Source of the DNA: Thermodesulfobacteriota bacterium
GTDB taxonomy: Bacteria; Desulfobacterota; GWC2-55-46; JADFVP01
DNA: 64,000 bases
NCBI GenBank assembly: GCA_046753845.1
Contig: JBHHUP010000002.1
Coordinates: 11,061 to 75,060 of the forward strand
Direction: 5' to 3'
The translations under genes were made by a program, and so were the position numbers. The notes under the pieces were generated by a model, which was not told where the DNA came from, made no database searches, and was given only the letters and a program-made list of their open reading frames with translations. How positions within the stretch are numbered: position 1 is the first letter of the stretch; each line of letters opens with the position of its first letter. This document shows positions 47,390 to 57,304 of this stretch, piece by piece.

Positions 47390-48481
47390 ATGGCGGAGAA
47401 TAAGCTATACCTGGCCCTCGGCGAAGAGGCGGTGCGCGGCACCAGTGAATCCGGAACAGTTGGATTTATACCACTGCTTTCACCGGGTATTCCAAAGATG
47501 GAATTTAACGATACGAGAAGGGATGAGTTCAGGGGTGAAGACTCCATAAAAGGCGGCGCTCCCTTTCGGCGTATGGACAGAAAATGGAGTTCATCGTTAG
47601 AGATACCTTTTTTTACTGAGGCTGGAGGTCTCCCCGGGATTATGGGAACTTTTTTAAAACATTTTTTTGGTCATGTCACGAGCACGGAGAATGCTCTTAC
47701 GGGCCAGTACTCTCATTCATTCAGCCCGGTTGCGGATCCCTTTGCCTCTAACGCTCTTGGTACAAGAGCGCTCACTCTTAATCTGAATATTAACGAGGGC
47801 AACGTAATGAACAACTGGCCCTTCGTGGGAGGCCGCGTAAGCTCACTTGCCTTTAACCAGGAGGCGGGACAGAACCTTAAGCTTACAGCCGATATATTTG
47901 GTCAGTTTAGAGACGTGGTTACGGCCAGCACGGGCGGAGAGCTCTTTGCCGCGGAGAACCTGCGTTGCGACTACAATAATCTTTTAGTTTATACAGGGCC
48001 GGTCTCACGTGCCGGTACTGCGCCGGATTTTACTGATATTACTTTTACATCTGCCACGCAGATAAAACCTGACAAGGTAAGTATTAAGTTTGAGAACGGG
48101 ATGAGTGACGTATTGAGGCTCTCAGGCCTTGATTATCCCGATAAGACACGCATGGGTAGTTTCAAGGTTAGTCTTGAGATGACTATGGACTGGGAGGACC
48201 CTGCAAGCGGTTTCTCTTCAGTAACGGAGTTTAACAACTGGATGGACTCGGCGAGTTCCACTAATTTTGTCCTTCATTGGGACACTGGTACAGCAGCGGG
48301 CTCCGGTGATAATCACGGGCTCTATATTGATCTTCCCATTATGGAGAGAGTGGGCGGTGCGCCCGAGTATTCGCTGGACAAGGACCCCATGATAACGCTT
48401 AAGTACGAGGGAGTTTTCGATGGCATGGTAACTCAGTACATGGCAGGTTTAATACTTAAAAATACCGCGCCCGTCCTTTAA
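47390..48481 (+). CDS. major tail (tube) protein, putative
   Basis: AGGAG RBS. 363 aa ORF immediately upstream of the G/GT chaperone pair and the tape measure gene. Confidence 0.62.
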   Translation: MAENKLYLALGEEAVRGTSESGTVGFIPLLSPGIPKMEFNDTRRDEFRGEDSIKGGAPFRRMDRKWSSSLEIPFFTEAGGLPGIMGTFLKHFFGHVTSTENALTGQYSHSFSPVADPFASNALGTRALTLNLNINEGNVMNNWPFVGGRVSSLAFNQEAGQNLKLTADIFGQFRDVVTASTGGELFAAENLRCDYNNLLVYTGPVSRAGTAPDFTDITFTSATQIKPDKVSIKFENGMSDVLRLSGLDYPDKTRMGSFKVSLEMTMDWEDPASGFSSVTEFNNWMDSASSTNFVLHWDTGTAAGSGDNHGLYIDLPIMERVGGAPEYSLDKDPMITLKYEGVFDGMVTQYMAGLILKNTAPVL

Positions 48482-48515
48482 AGGGCATAGTTTTTACTAA
48501 CTATTTACGGGAGGC

Positions 48516-48893
48516 ATGATGGCAATAGTAAGTTTTGATCGAGACACCTTGATAGATTTTGTCCCTGAGTACGCTGGAAACAGGAACTCAGATGACCCTT
48601 GCGTGGTGCGTATGAAATTTGTCCCTTATTCCAGAGTACAGGAGTACTCTCGCCTTATCGCCGCGAGTGCCGGAGTGGGTAGTGATGCCGTAAAAACAGT
48701 TCACCTCTCTCAGTCAGTGCAGAAGAAGCAGTTTGTGGAAAGCGTATCAGAAGTTTCCGGGTATTACATCGGCGAGAGAGAGGTCGTGGTTGCTGATGAA
48801 TTTTATGAATCCGCTGATACGGAACTTGTGACAGAAATAATCAGAGCAATGGAGAATATTCAGAAGCTCTCAGAGGGGCAAAGAAAAAACTGA
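48516..48893 (+). CDS. tail assembly chaperone G
   Basis: 125 aa with a GGGAGG RBS. It ends in the slippery heptamer A AAA AAC, directly before the TGA stop. Confidence 0.78.
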   Translation: MMAIVSFDRDTLIDFVPEYAGNRNSDDPCVVRMKFVPYSRVQEYSRLIAASAGVGSDAVKTVHLSQSVQKKQFVESVSEVSGYYIGEREVVVADEFYESADTELVTEIIRAMENIQKLSEGQRKN

Positions 48894-49300
48894 GAGCGGG
48901 TTTTCGTTGGAGCTTTTTTGCCTCATCCGACGGGAGCCCCTTTAACTGTGATACCTGTGACCGGGTGTTGAGAAATGGACGCAACTGTTGTAATGCCGGT
49001 GGTCTTTCAGAGGAGGCCAGAATCGTTACGTCTTATACTGATGACGTAGTGAGGGAGATAAAAGCAAAGGGCGCATGCAAGGTCTTCAGTCTCGGGGAGA
49101 TACGTTTTTACGAGTGTCCTCTTACCGCCATTACCGCTGAGACTTTTGAACTCATAAGAATCGTTTACCTTTTGGAGAGTTCCGGACGGTTGTTTTTCGA
49201 TGGCGGCTGGGCGGACCAGCCTCACTGGCTTGTGGAAGCCTATGAGATGTACAAGATAGAAACTTTAGAATATCTGAAGGGACGTCAAAATGTCGAATGA
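48516..49300 (+). CDS. tail assembly chaperone GT fusion (about 261 aa) made by -1 frameshift at 48884-48890
   Basis: I read the -1 frame from C48890 codon by codon. It has no stop and runs straight into the ORF annotated at 48965-49300. Confidence 0.7.
48884..48890 (+). other. -1 programmed ribosomal frameshift slippery site (A AAA AAC)
   Basis: The X XXY YYZ heptamer is in the correct phase relative to the gene 48516 frame, with a stop codon immediately 3'. Confidence 0.7.
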
Positions 49301-50273
49301 AAAAGATGTAGAAGTTGTTATTAAGGCTCCTGAGGAGTTGGACTCCGTTGTACAGAGGATACTTCAATCTGTTCGTGATTCCAGTGCTACTATCAAGGAT
49401 AACTTTGAAGGCCTAATCTCAGATGAGGACGCGAGCTCTCTTGATAATTATGCTACAGGGCTTGAAAAGGTTGCCGGGCTTGAGGCTGAGAGAAACGGAC
49501 TTATCAGGGAGAGACATGCAGCTGAGGCGGAACTTGCAAGACTCAATACCGTAAGCCCCTTTAATTCCCCTGAGCCGGGCGCCGTAGACTCAGAGGTTGC
49601 CCGTTCATTTTCTGATTACGATACAAGGCTTACTGCTCTGCAGGATTTTAATACAAGTGTCATAACAACGATGATCGCCGCCCATGAGACTCAGTCGCAG
49701 ATAGAGGATACTTATGGGAACCTTTCAATTCAGTCAGCAAAGAAGGTCCGTGATTTTAAGATTCAGTACGCTGGCGAGGCCTTTGGGGCGGCGGCAAACT
49801 TTATGGAAAATCTATTCGTTGCAACCGGCTCAAGCAGCCGTTCAATGTTTGAGGTCATGAAGGCCGCGGCTATATCTCAGACCGTTATCGATACATATGC
49901 ATCGGCTCAGGCGGCCTATAAGTCTCTTGCCGGTATCCCAGTAGTGGGTCCGGGCCTTGCCGTGGCCGCCGCCGCCTCGGCTATAGCCGCGGGGCTTGCA
50001 CGCGTGGCACAGATAAGGAGCACTCCCTTTGGCGGAGGTACGGCCGTAACCGCAGGTGGTGAAGCGATTACTACTCCATTTACAGGAGGCTCACCACAGG
50101 CATTCCCAATCCAGGAAGGTGTTGGTAACGTCTCGCAGACACTTACGGTCAATGTCTACAACCCTTTGAGTGATGATAATTGGGATAAGATTGTTGAAGA
50201 CAACATCGCTCCGGCTCTTGAGGGGCTCTCAGAGAGAGACGTAGTATTGAACATAAAAGTAGCGGGGTCATAA
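49290..50273 (+). CDS. tape measure protein (short, 327 aa)
   Basis: It follows G/GT. It has a helical N-terminus and a hydrophobic Ala/Gly-rich block (AAAISQTVIDTYASAQAAYKSLAGIPVVGPGLAVAAAASAIAAGLARVAQI) typical of tape measure proteins. Confidence 0.7.
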   Translation: MSNEKDVEVVIKAPEELDSVVQRILQSVRDSSATIKDNFEGLISDEDASSLDNYATGLEKVAGLEAERNGLIRERHAAEAELARLNTVSPFNSPEPGAVDSEVARSFSDYDTRLTALQDFNTSVITTMIAAHETQSQIEDTYGNLSIQSAKKVRDFKIQYAGEAFGAAANFMENLFVATGSSSRSMFEVMKAAAISQTVIDTYASAQAAYKSLAGIPVVGPGLAVAAAASAIAAGLARVAQIRSTPFGGGTAVTAGGEAITTPFTGGSPQAFPIQEGVGNVSQTLTVNVYNPLSDDNWDKIVEDNIAPALEGLSERDVVLNIKVAGS

Positions 50274-51970
50274 TGGCAACCTGGGAAAAGATTAAATTTT
50301 TTTACGATACTATGCTTGGTCTAACAGGCTCTACCTTTACGGCTTCAAGCACCCTTGCGGGTACTGATGTTATGAATCTTTATAATATGCTTGAGGTCAA
50401 CAGGTGGGAGTCTGCTGATACGAGCGACCCTCAGTATATTACATGGAGCGCTAATCGCCTGACTAACGGAGGATTTGAGAGTTGGACCGCAGGGGCTCCG
50501 GATTATTGGACTCTGACCGGGGCCGCCGCCACAGTCTCTATGGAGGTTAGTACTATTAAAAAAGGTACCTCCTCTGCAAATGTAACTCGCGCCGGTACTG
50601 ATTGCGGGCTCACTCAGAACATATCTCCTTATATTGATCTTAAGGGCAAGTCTTTCAGCCTGGGCGTATGGGTCTTCGCGGCGCAGGCCTCTCAGGCGAG
50701 GCTTGCCGTAACTGATGGCCTCAAGACCTCCTATTCAACTTATCATAGCGGTGCAGGGGCCTGGGAGTTCTTATCGGTCTCTCATAATGTTTCGCAGGGG
50801 GCCGCATCTCTTAGCGTTAATCTTCAGGTCCTTAATACGGATGGTTCTGTTTTCTTTGATGTGGCAAGCGCAGGTGAGAGAAAGAGCGCTGATTATCTGG
50901 CCGTTATGGGACATGATTTTTACGGCTCTGGCGGAGCCCTCACTTTAGAGGCATCTGATGATGATTTTACCGATGATATACAGGGCGTTATCAGTGTCCG
51001 TCCTTTCTCTAACCATGCCATTGTCTCAGAGGCACGCTTGCTGGTAAATCCTGATTTTGAGGTCTGGGATAACGGCACTCTGGCAGCGCCAACGGGATGG
51101 AGCAGGGGAGGGGGACCGTCAAGTTCTATTGCTAGAGAGTCTCTCGCAGTCTATAAGGGTCTGTACAGCGCGAAACTTTCAAGTGCTCTGAATGAAGCCG
51201 TATCGCTTGAGACCACGGATATGGGAAATGCGGTGAATCTGTATTTATCGGGAAAAACCGTTAGTTTTGGATGTTTTGTCAATACGGCAACTTCGGGACG
51301 CGTAACACTTAGAATCTCCGACGACGATGGGACGGGTTCACAGTTCACTGAGAGCGCCGCACATCCTGGAGACGGGTCGTGGCAGTTTTTGACTGTAACG
51401 CGATCTCTGAGGACTGGTCTTAAGGGCTTTAAAGTAATGTGTAATGTATCTACGGGAGCGGCAGTTGACGTTTATATTGACCAGGCTGTTCTTAGAAACG
51501 CCGCATCACTTCAGGCAGGGGAGCTCTCTGATTACGTTTTTCCGGGAGCGGTAAACAAAAGACACTGGCGTCTGAAGATGACCGGACACAGCAGCGCTCC
51601 TTATATGCACATATGTATCTGGGGCTCCAAGACAATTCTTGATTATGCCACATCCTCTTTTGATCCCAACGGCGAACGCGTTAAGGCCAATGTTAATGTA
51701 AGCAGCTCCGGCCAGATTATGGGTGTACACAGGCAGTACTCAGAGCGCTCTATGTCACTTGCTTTTCGTGAAGCAGATCCAACTCTGTATGAGAAGGTAC
51801 GTGCATGGTGGGAAGAGTCCGGGCTGAAAAACTTTTTTGTAGCCTGGGAGCGTGGCAATAATCCCGATGATATTTATCTCATGTTCCCTGATAAGAGGTT
51901 CACTAATCCGCTTAAAAATGGCGGCCTATTCCGGGATATCAACATAAAACTTAAGGGGAGAAAGGAATAA
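50273..51970 (+). CDS. distal-tail/baseplate protein with two CBM4/9-like carbohydrate-binding insertions
   Basis: TAATG overlap with the tape measure gene. There are two paralogous jelly-roll-like segments, beginning NGGFESW...P.YW (aa 62-200) and NPDFEVW...PTGW (aa 257-407). Confidence 0.6.
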   Translation: MATWEKIKFFYDTMLGLTGSTFTASSTLAGTDVMNLYNMLEVNRWESADTSDPQYITWSANRLTNGGFESWTAGAPDYWTLTGAAATVSMEVSTIKKGTSSANVTRAGTDCGLTQNISPYIDLKGKSFSLGVWVFAAQASQARLAVTDGLKTSYSTYHSGAGAWEFLSVSHNVSQGAASLSVNLQVLNTDGSVFFDVASAGERKSADYLAVMGHDFYGSGGALTLEASDDDFTDDIQGVISVRPFSNHAIVSEARLLVNPDFEVWDNGTLAAPTGWSRGGGPSSSIARESLAVYKGLYSAKLSSALNEAVSLETTDMGNAVNLYLSGKTVSFGCFVNTATSGRVTLRISDDDGTGSQFTESAAHPGDGSWQFLTVTRSLRTGLKGFKVMCNVSTGAAVDVYIDQAVLRNAASLQAGELSDYVFPGAVNKRHWRLKMTGHSSAPYMHICIWGSKTILDYATSSFDPNGERVKANVNVSSSGQIMGVHRQYSERSMSLAFREADPTLYEKVRAWWEESGLKNFFVAWERGNNPDDIYLMFPDKRFTNPLKNGGLFRDINIKLKGRKE

Positions 51971-51973
51971 ACG

Positions 51974-53662
51974 ATGGCTGATCTTAGAATTCAGTATATG
52001 GAAGAGATGGTTGGCGCCGGGCATCCCGCTAAATCGGATACCCTTAACAGGCTGATGCTCTCAGAACATGGGATTAACGGCGCGCATAAATGGTTTGATG
52101 TGACACATCCTGACTTTGGAGCCAAGGGGGATGGTGTAACAGACGATACCTCTGCGATACAGGCGGCATTTGACGCTATAGCGGCCGCTGGCGGAATCAG
52201 GACGGTATACTTTCCATCGGGTACTTATCTCATCTCAGCAGGCATTAATATAAATAAGAACAACATAACGGTGCGCGGCGAGGGTGAATCATCGGTAATA
52301 CAGGTAAAGAACAATGTCGGCGACTTGCAGTTTAACGGTTATGGGGCCATGTTTCTTATCGCCACTGGTTCAAGCCATATCGTTATTAAAGACTTATTGT
52401 TAGACGGTAACTCGGATAATAACACTGCTTCTACTTATAGCGCGATAGAAGGCACCAATACCGATAATCTCTCTATACGGGATATGACGATAAAGAACAC
52501 ACCCTTTAACGCTATACTTCTTACTGCCACCACTTTGCCTCATACTAACTTTAAGGTGACGAATAATAAACTCTTAAATATTGGGTGGCAGGGTATACAG
52601 GTTCGTTATGGTGATACAGGAATAGTATCCGGGAATAATATTTTCTCCAGCGGTAACCACGGTATAGTCATTAACTTCGGGAGTACGGCGGGGACTCACT
52701 CAAGCAGCCGGGTTGTTGTCTCGGATAATATTATCAACAGGTCTGTCCCGCCCAGCACTATCCTGACGGGTCAGGTTGAGAGTGGAATGATGATAATGAT
52801 TAGCGAGGCCAGTAGTTATATAGTCGTGGACAGCAACGTATGTTACGACAACAGGAATGCCGCAAATGATGGTATCGCTACCGTTGGGTCTCCTGCTCCT
52901 GGAGGAGCCGGGCCTATATATCGCTCCATTGTCATAAGCAATAACTCAGTCTCTTATGCCGGTGGTTTTGGTATAGACGCAACGAGCCATTGTACCGTAA
53001 CGGGCAATGTAATTATGTATCCGGCTACGGATGGAATTGTTTTGTCAGGCGACCTTGGACCTATGCGAAAAGATGTGCTTATCTCTAATAATGTTATATA
53101 CAATCCTAATTTCTCGAATACACCCGGCACCGCGGGTATTGCGCTAAACTCCGCCGTTAATAACGGGGCCACCTGGAAGCATATTAGAATAACAAACAAT
53201 ATAGTCTTTGATGAGGCAGGACAGGTCCTGCATGGCGTTCTTGTAAACGCCACAAATATGTTGGTGAGGTATATCGAGATAAGCGGCAATGACCTTAATA
53301 TAATAGGGGGGCTGGACTCAATACATATTACTAATCCCGGTAATGTTACTAATCTGCGCGTTAGAGATAATGTGGAGAAGAATCTTTTCAGGATTATAGC
53401 GAATGGCGATGCCACTCCCTCAGTGCTCGGGGCGGAGTATTTAACTACAGCTAATACCACTGCTACAACCATCACTATGTTTAATGATGGTTATGTCGGG
53501 CAGCGGATATTTGTAAGAATAGGCGACAATCTAACTACCATTGACTTTACAGGAACTAATCTTAAAGGTAATGGCGGGGTGAATTATGCTGCCTCCATAG
53601 GCTCTACCATGGACTGTGTATTTGATGGGACTCAATGGGGTTGTACTGTTAATAAGGCTTGA
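51974..53662 (+). CDS. tailspike with right-handed beta-helix (pectate-lyase-3/GH28-like) domain
   Basis: FGAKGDGVTDDTSAIQAAFDAIAAAGG..VYFPSGTYLIS signature, followed by many NN/GN-containing beta-helix rungs. Confidence 0.8.
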   Translation: MADLRIQYMEEMVGAGHPAKSDTLNRLMLSEHGINGAHKWFDVTHPDFGAKGDGVTDDTSAIQAAFDAIAAAGGIRTVYFPSGTYLISAGININKNNITVRGEGESSVIQVKNNVGDLQFNGYGAMFLIATGSSHIVIKDLLLDGNSDNNTASTYSAIEGTNTDNLSIRDMTIKNTPFNAILLTATTLPHTNFKVTNNKLLNIGWQGIQVRYGDTGIVSGNNIFSSGNHGIVINFGSTAGTHSSSRVVVSDNIINRSVPPSTILTGQVESGMMIMISEASSYIVVDSNVCYDNRNAANDGIATVGSPAPGGAGPIYRSIVISNNSVSYAGGFGIDATSHCTVTGNVIMYPATDGIVLSGDLGPMRKDVLISNNVIYNPNFSNTPGTAGIALNSAVNNGATWKHIRITNNIVFDEAGQVLHGVLVNATNMLVRYIEISGNDLNIIGGLDSIHITNPGNVTNLRVRDNVEKNLFRIIANGDATPSVLGAEYLTTANTTATTITMFNDGYVGQRIFVRIGDNLTTIDFTGTNLKGNGGVNYAASIGSTMDCVFDGTQWGCTVNKA

Positions 53663-53682
53663 TCGTACTCAAGAGGGCGATA

Positions 53683-55407
53683 ATGGTAACGCAAAGATTT
53701 CTTGAAGAACTTAAGAAAAGCGAGAATATGCCTAACGTCATCCTTGAGCTAAGGCTTAAAGGAGGAATACGTTTTATTGGCATTCACGGTAATAGGCCTG
53801 CTTATATTCATTATTTTGCTAATGGTGTTTACCGTGCCGATGCTGATATATTCGCCGTGGGCTCTGATACTCTGCACTTTATTGATGGCATTCTTAAATC
53901 CGTATCCTCTCTTCAGAACAGGATAGATCCATCGAAGGGATTTGCCACAAGGGGTGAGTTAAAGGTCGTAATATCCGGGAGAGATAACTTTAAGTCTCTT
54001 ATAAGAGATGAGTTCCTGAAAAATGCCGAGGTGATAAGAAAAGATGGTTTTGTAGCCCCGGGATTTACATATTTTGATTATGTCTCCACTTTTCATGGCC
54101 GTATATCCGATTGGAGCCGCAAAGGTGATGAACTTACCATTACCATAGCCGATACCCTTGCCGATGGGGCAAGAAAAAATCTTCCCCTTAGCAACTCAAG
54201 CGGTTCGCAGTCTCTTGATTACTCCAATATGCATCCGGGCGAGATAATGAAAGACCTTCTAATAAATAAACTGGGCATGGATGTCTCTACTATAAATACT
54301 GCCAGTTTTGATTTTGAGTCATCTCTATGGCTTAACGGATGGGTTTTCAGCCGCGTACTTACAGAACCCGTGGAAGCCAATAAAATCTTAAATGAGCTTC
54401 AGAGAGAGACTAACTCCTTCATCGTTCATGACGGACTCAGTGTGAACTTGAAGGTTTTTGCCCCTCCTCCTCCCGGTACAAGCGTAGAGCAGTGGTCTGA
54501 TGGTACGCATATTATAGAAGATTCCCTTACGCAGAAATCCGGGTACAGAGACAAGTTTTTTAACCGCGTAGTTGTGTATTTTGATTACAAGGGATCAGGC
54601 GAAAATACGGATAACTTCGAGAGCGCCGTTATCGCGGTGGATGCCGCATCGCAGGACAGCAGCCAGTGGAACGAGATATCCACGAAGACGATAAAGAGCA
54701 AATGGATAAAGTCGTTAACGCACTCTCAGCCCGTGAGTATAACAGGCGCAACTGTGTTCCAGATCTCGAAGAGCAACGGACCAGGAGCAGGGGTGCTCAC
54801 TTTTACTCCCGGCGGCAACGGCAGTCATACACTTCAGTGGGCAGCTCCCGGCGATACGACAGGGGCAGCGGTGAATGTCTCTTCTTCAGGTAGGTACACA
54901 CTCTTTTCCTCTGACGGGAGCAAGTGGATTAGGCTTGTAGTTGATTACGGGAACCTTCCAACGCAGCTCTCTAATGATACGATAAATATAACCACCCTTA
55001 ACGGTCTGAGTATGGCTACTCAGCTGGCGCAGAAGATACTTAATCGCTACCGCGATCCTGTATCCATCATAAGCTTCGAGATGGATATTAATAATATGGT
55101 CTATAACGGTAATTTTATAAGGCCCACTGATCTTAAGGATATTACAACAGACGAGGCCTTTGAGCATGGCGCTTCCACATGGGATAAAAAGCGCGTGATG
55201 ATTACGCGTGTTAGGCCCGATATGAGCAGACACAGGGTAAGGGTTGAGGCCGTAGAGACGAAGCTGTACCGCCGTTACGGTTTTATAGCCCCTTCGGGGC
55301 AATCCGATTATCCCGGGGCCACTAAATCAGAGAGAGAACGCGCTTATATAGGAGACAGTTCCAATAAGGTTAATGGCGGTACGGAAGACGGATACATAAT
55401 TTGGTAA
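53683..55407 (+). CDS. tail hub/host-specificity (gpJ / Phage-tail_3-like) protein, putative
   Basis: About 575 aa ORF after the tailspike gene. ATG at 53683 has a GAGGG RBS (TTG at 53659 is the alternative). The assignment rests mainly on position and size. Confidence 0.5.
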   Translation: MVTQRFLEELKKSENMPNVILELRLKGGIRFIGIHGNRPAYIHYFANGVYRADADIFAVGSDTLHFIDGILKSVSSLQNRIDPSKGFATRGELKVVISGRDNFKSLIRDEFLKNAEVIRKDGFVAPGFTYFDYVSTFHGRISDWSRKGDELTITIADTLADGARKNLPLSNSSGSQSLDYSNMHPGEIMKDLLINKLGMDVSTINTASFDFESSLWLNGWVFSRVLTEPVEANKILNELQRETNSFIVHDGLSVNLKVFAPPPPGTSVEQWSDGTHIIEDSLTQKSGYRDKFFNRVVVYFDYKGSGENTDNFESAVIAVDAASQDSSQWNEISTKTIKSKWIKSLTHSQPVSITGATVFQISKSNGPGAGVLTFTPGGNGSHTLQWAAPGDTTGAAVNVSSSGRYTLFSSDGSKWIRLVVDYGNLPTQLSNDTINITTLNGLSMATQLAQKILNRYRDPVSIISFEMDINNMVYNGNFIRPTDLKDITTDEAFEHGASTWDKKRVMITRVRPDMSRHRVRVEAVETKLYRRYGFIAPSGQSDYPGATKSERERAYIGDSSNKVNGGTEDGYIIW

Positions 55408-55419
55408 GGAGGGTTTGGA

Positions 55420-56010
55420 ATGGCGACACCCACTAAGAACTGGACGGATATCCCTGATACGGCTATTGATGCTGATAGCCCCCTTGATACTACGCTCTTA
55501 ACGGAGATAAGGGATGACCTTGTGCATATGCACGAGTGGCTGGGGCTTAACTATACAGCTGCTGTGGATCATAACCATGATGGTCTTAACAGCGCGCTGC
55601 CGGCCTCGCCGGGTTCATATACTACGGATGGAGCCGCAGCTGACCTTGTTCTCTTTGCTGATACTGAGCGTTCAAAATTCGGTGATGCCGGCGGGACATG
55701 GACAAAGGTTAAGGAGTTTAGAGTTGGCCGCGGCGGTAGTCTGAAGGTCAGTTTTGATGGCAAGTATGTTATCTTCGCCGGAGCTCCGACTACGGTGGGG
55801 GCAAGGATATATAAGAATTCCATACCTTACGGAACACTACGGTCCTTTACAACGGCTTATCAGACTTTTACAGAGATATTGGGCGGCTTTGCTCCCGGCG
55901 ATGTGGTGCAGCTTTATTATGTCTGCAATGGATCGGATGACGAGGTATTTGTGAGGAACTTCAGGTTATATGCTGACCATGATTTTCAGTCTAATGTAGT
56001 TATGGATTAG
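55420..56010 (+). CDS. tail fibre-like protein, hypothetical
   Basis: AGGAGG RBS. The N-terminal WTDIPDTAIDADSPLDTTLLTEIRDDLVHMHEW...DHNHDG pattern is seen in phage fibre proteins. Confidence 0.45.
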   Translation: MATPTKNWTDIPDTAIDADSPLDTTLLTEIRDDLVHMHEWLGLNYTAAVDHNHDGLNSALPASPGSYTTDGAAADLVLFADTERSKFGDAGGTWTKVKEFRVGRGGSLKVSFDGKYVIFAGAPTTVGARIYKNSIPYGTLRSFTTAYQTFTEILGGFAPGDVVQLYYVCNGSDDEVFVRNFRLYADHDFQSNVVMD

Positions 56011-56208
56011 AGAAAGCAGGAACTGTTTTATGGTCCATTTCATTTTTTAGAGATAAAGAGACGACATTATCTCTACGTATTTTGATGGGAGACAAGGGGA
56101 GTTCAATGGCATGGTGGTCTTTTTTGTACATCAATCCATATAACTTCAAAAAGGTTAAATCTTACATGTTGTGCAGGCATATAGCGCGATGGTAAGCAGG
56201 TTACGCAG

Positions 56209-56583
56209 ATGAAGATTGGTTTGGGGCTTAGCCCCTGTAGTGAAAGGTCACGGGTGTGGAAATCAAGGGGCAGCTTTACGGAGGGCATAGTGAGTCCTGA
56301 GAAAAATCCTAACATATGGATCTTAGTAAGCGGTGGTCTTCTTGGTGTCTGGACCGCCATGCTGTCTTATGTGCTTAGGGCATTTGGGCAACGCATGGAT
56401 AGGATTGAGGCCTCGGTTAATCATCAGAACGTGCCGAAGACAGAGTGTGGTTTCTTTCGTGAGAATACGAGAGAGATTTTGCGTGAGATAAAAAATGTTC
56501 TTGCGGAAAATAACAGGGATATACAGCACATGAATAATACTATTGTTAAGATAGCCACAAAAATGGAGGCCCTCGATGAGTGA
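56209..56583 (+). CDS. lysis-associated membrane protein (one TM helix plus coiled coil), holin or i-spanin-like
   Basis: TM segment IWILVSGGLLGVWTAMLSYVL followed by a helical C-terminus. It overlaps the endolysin start by 8 nt. The likely true start is GTG at 56290, after GGAGGG. Confidence 0.5.
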   Translation: MKIGLGLSPCSERSRVWKSRGSFTEGIVSPEKNPNIWILVSGGLLGVWTAMLSYVLRAFGQRMDRIEASVNHQNVPKTECGFFRENTREILREIKNVLAENNRDIQHMNNTIVKIATKMEALDE

Positions 56584-57013
56584 TTTTGATCGTGCCATGG
56601 AGTTTGTCTTTAAGTGGGAAGGCGGTTATGTCTATGACGCGAGAGACCCGGGAGGCGAGACCAAATGGGGGATATCCAGGCGCACTTACCCAACGCTGGA
56701 TATAAAAGACCTTACAAAGCAGGAGGCTGAAGATATTTATCGCCACGATTACTGGGAAAAACTTGGTTGCGATAACCTGCTATGGCCGGTAAACCTCGTT
56801 GTCTTCGATACCGCAGTTAATATGGGCGGTGCGAGGGCGAAAGATTTTCTCTCACGCACGCCTTACTGGCAGGATTACATTATTGAGAGGATAGATTATT
56901 ACGCGAGAGTGCTGGGTAGAAAACCTTATCTGCGGGGCTGGATAAACAGGACAGTGGCGCTTTACAGGTTTTGTGGAGAAGCTCAGCACCCGGTCAGCCG
57001 CTCAACACATTAA
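56576..57013 (+). CDS. endolysin, glycoside hydrolase family 108
   Basis: FKWEGGYVYDARDPGGETKWGIS matches the GH108 EGGY..DP.DPGG.T..GI signature. Confidence 0.8.
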   Translation: MSDFDRAMEFVFKWEGGYVYDARDPGGETKWGISRRTYPTLDIKDLTKQEAEDIYRHDYWEKLGCDNLLWPVNLVVFDTAVNMGGARAKDFLSRTPYWQDYIIERIDYYARVLGRKPYLRGWINRTVALYRFCGEAQHPVSRSTH

Positions 57014-57181
57014 TCAGAGGCCAGTGAGGGCCGCGAATAGGGCATTTTTTAAGAGAGCACTACGACTATGTACGGTTGGTTTACTCTGTTTTGATACCGG
57101 TGAGCACGTTTTTTAGAGGTTTTATTGTGTAGATTCTACGTGCCATCTTTTCGTGTTTTTTTACTACAGGAGGTTAGCAAG

Positions 57182-57304
57182 ATGAGCTGCGAAGAGAAGT
57201 TAAGGTCTATTAATAAGGTCGGTCTTTGTCTTAGATGCGGTAAACTTTGCAGGATTAGTCTAAAGACCTGTGTCTGCGGCGACTGCGCCAGGGAGGCCAT
57301 ATGA
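57182..57304 (+). CDS. 40-aa Cys-rich (zinc-ribbon-like) protein, below track cutoff
   Basis: An AGGAGG RBS lies 7 nt upstream. I verified the frame codon by codon. The stop overlaps the next start (ATGA). The pattern is CLRCGKLC...CVCGDC. Confidence 0.45.
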   Translation: MSCEEKLRSINKVGLCLRCGKLCRISLKTCVCGDCAREAI

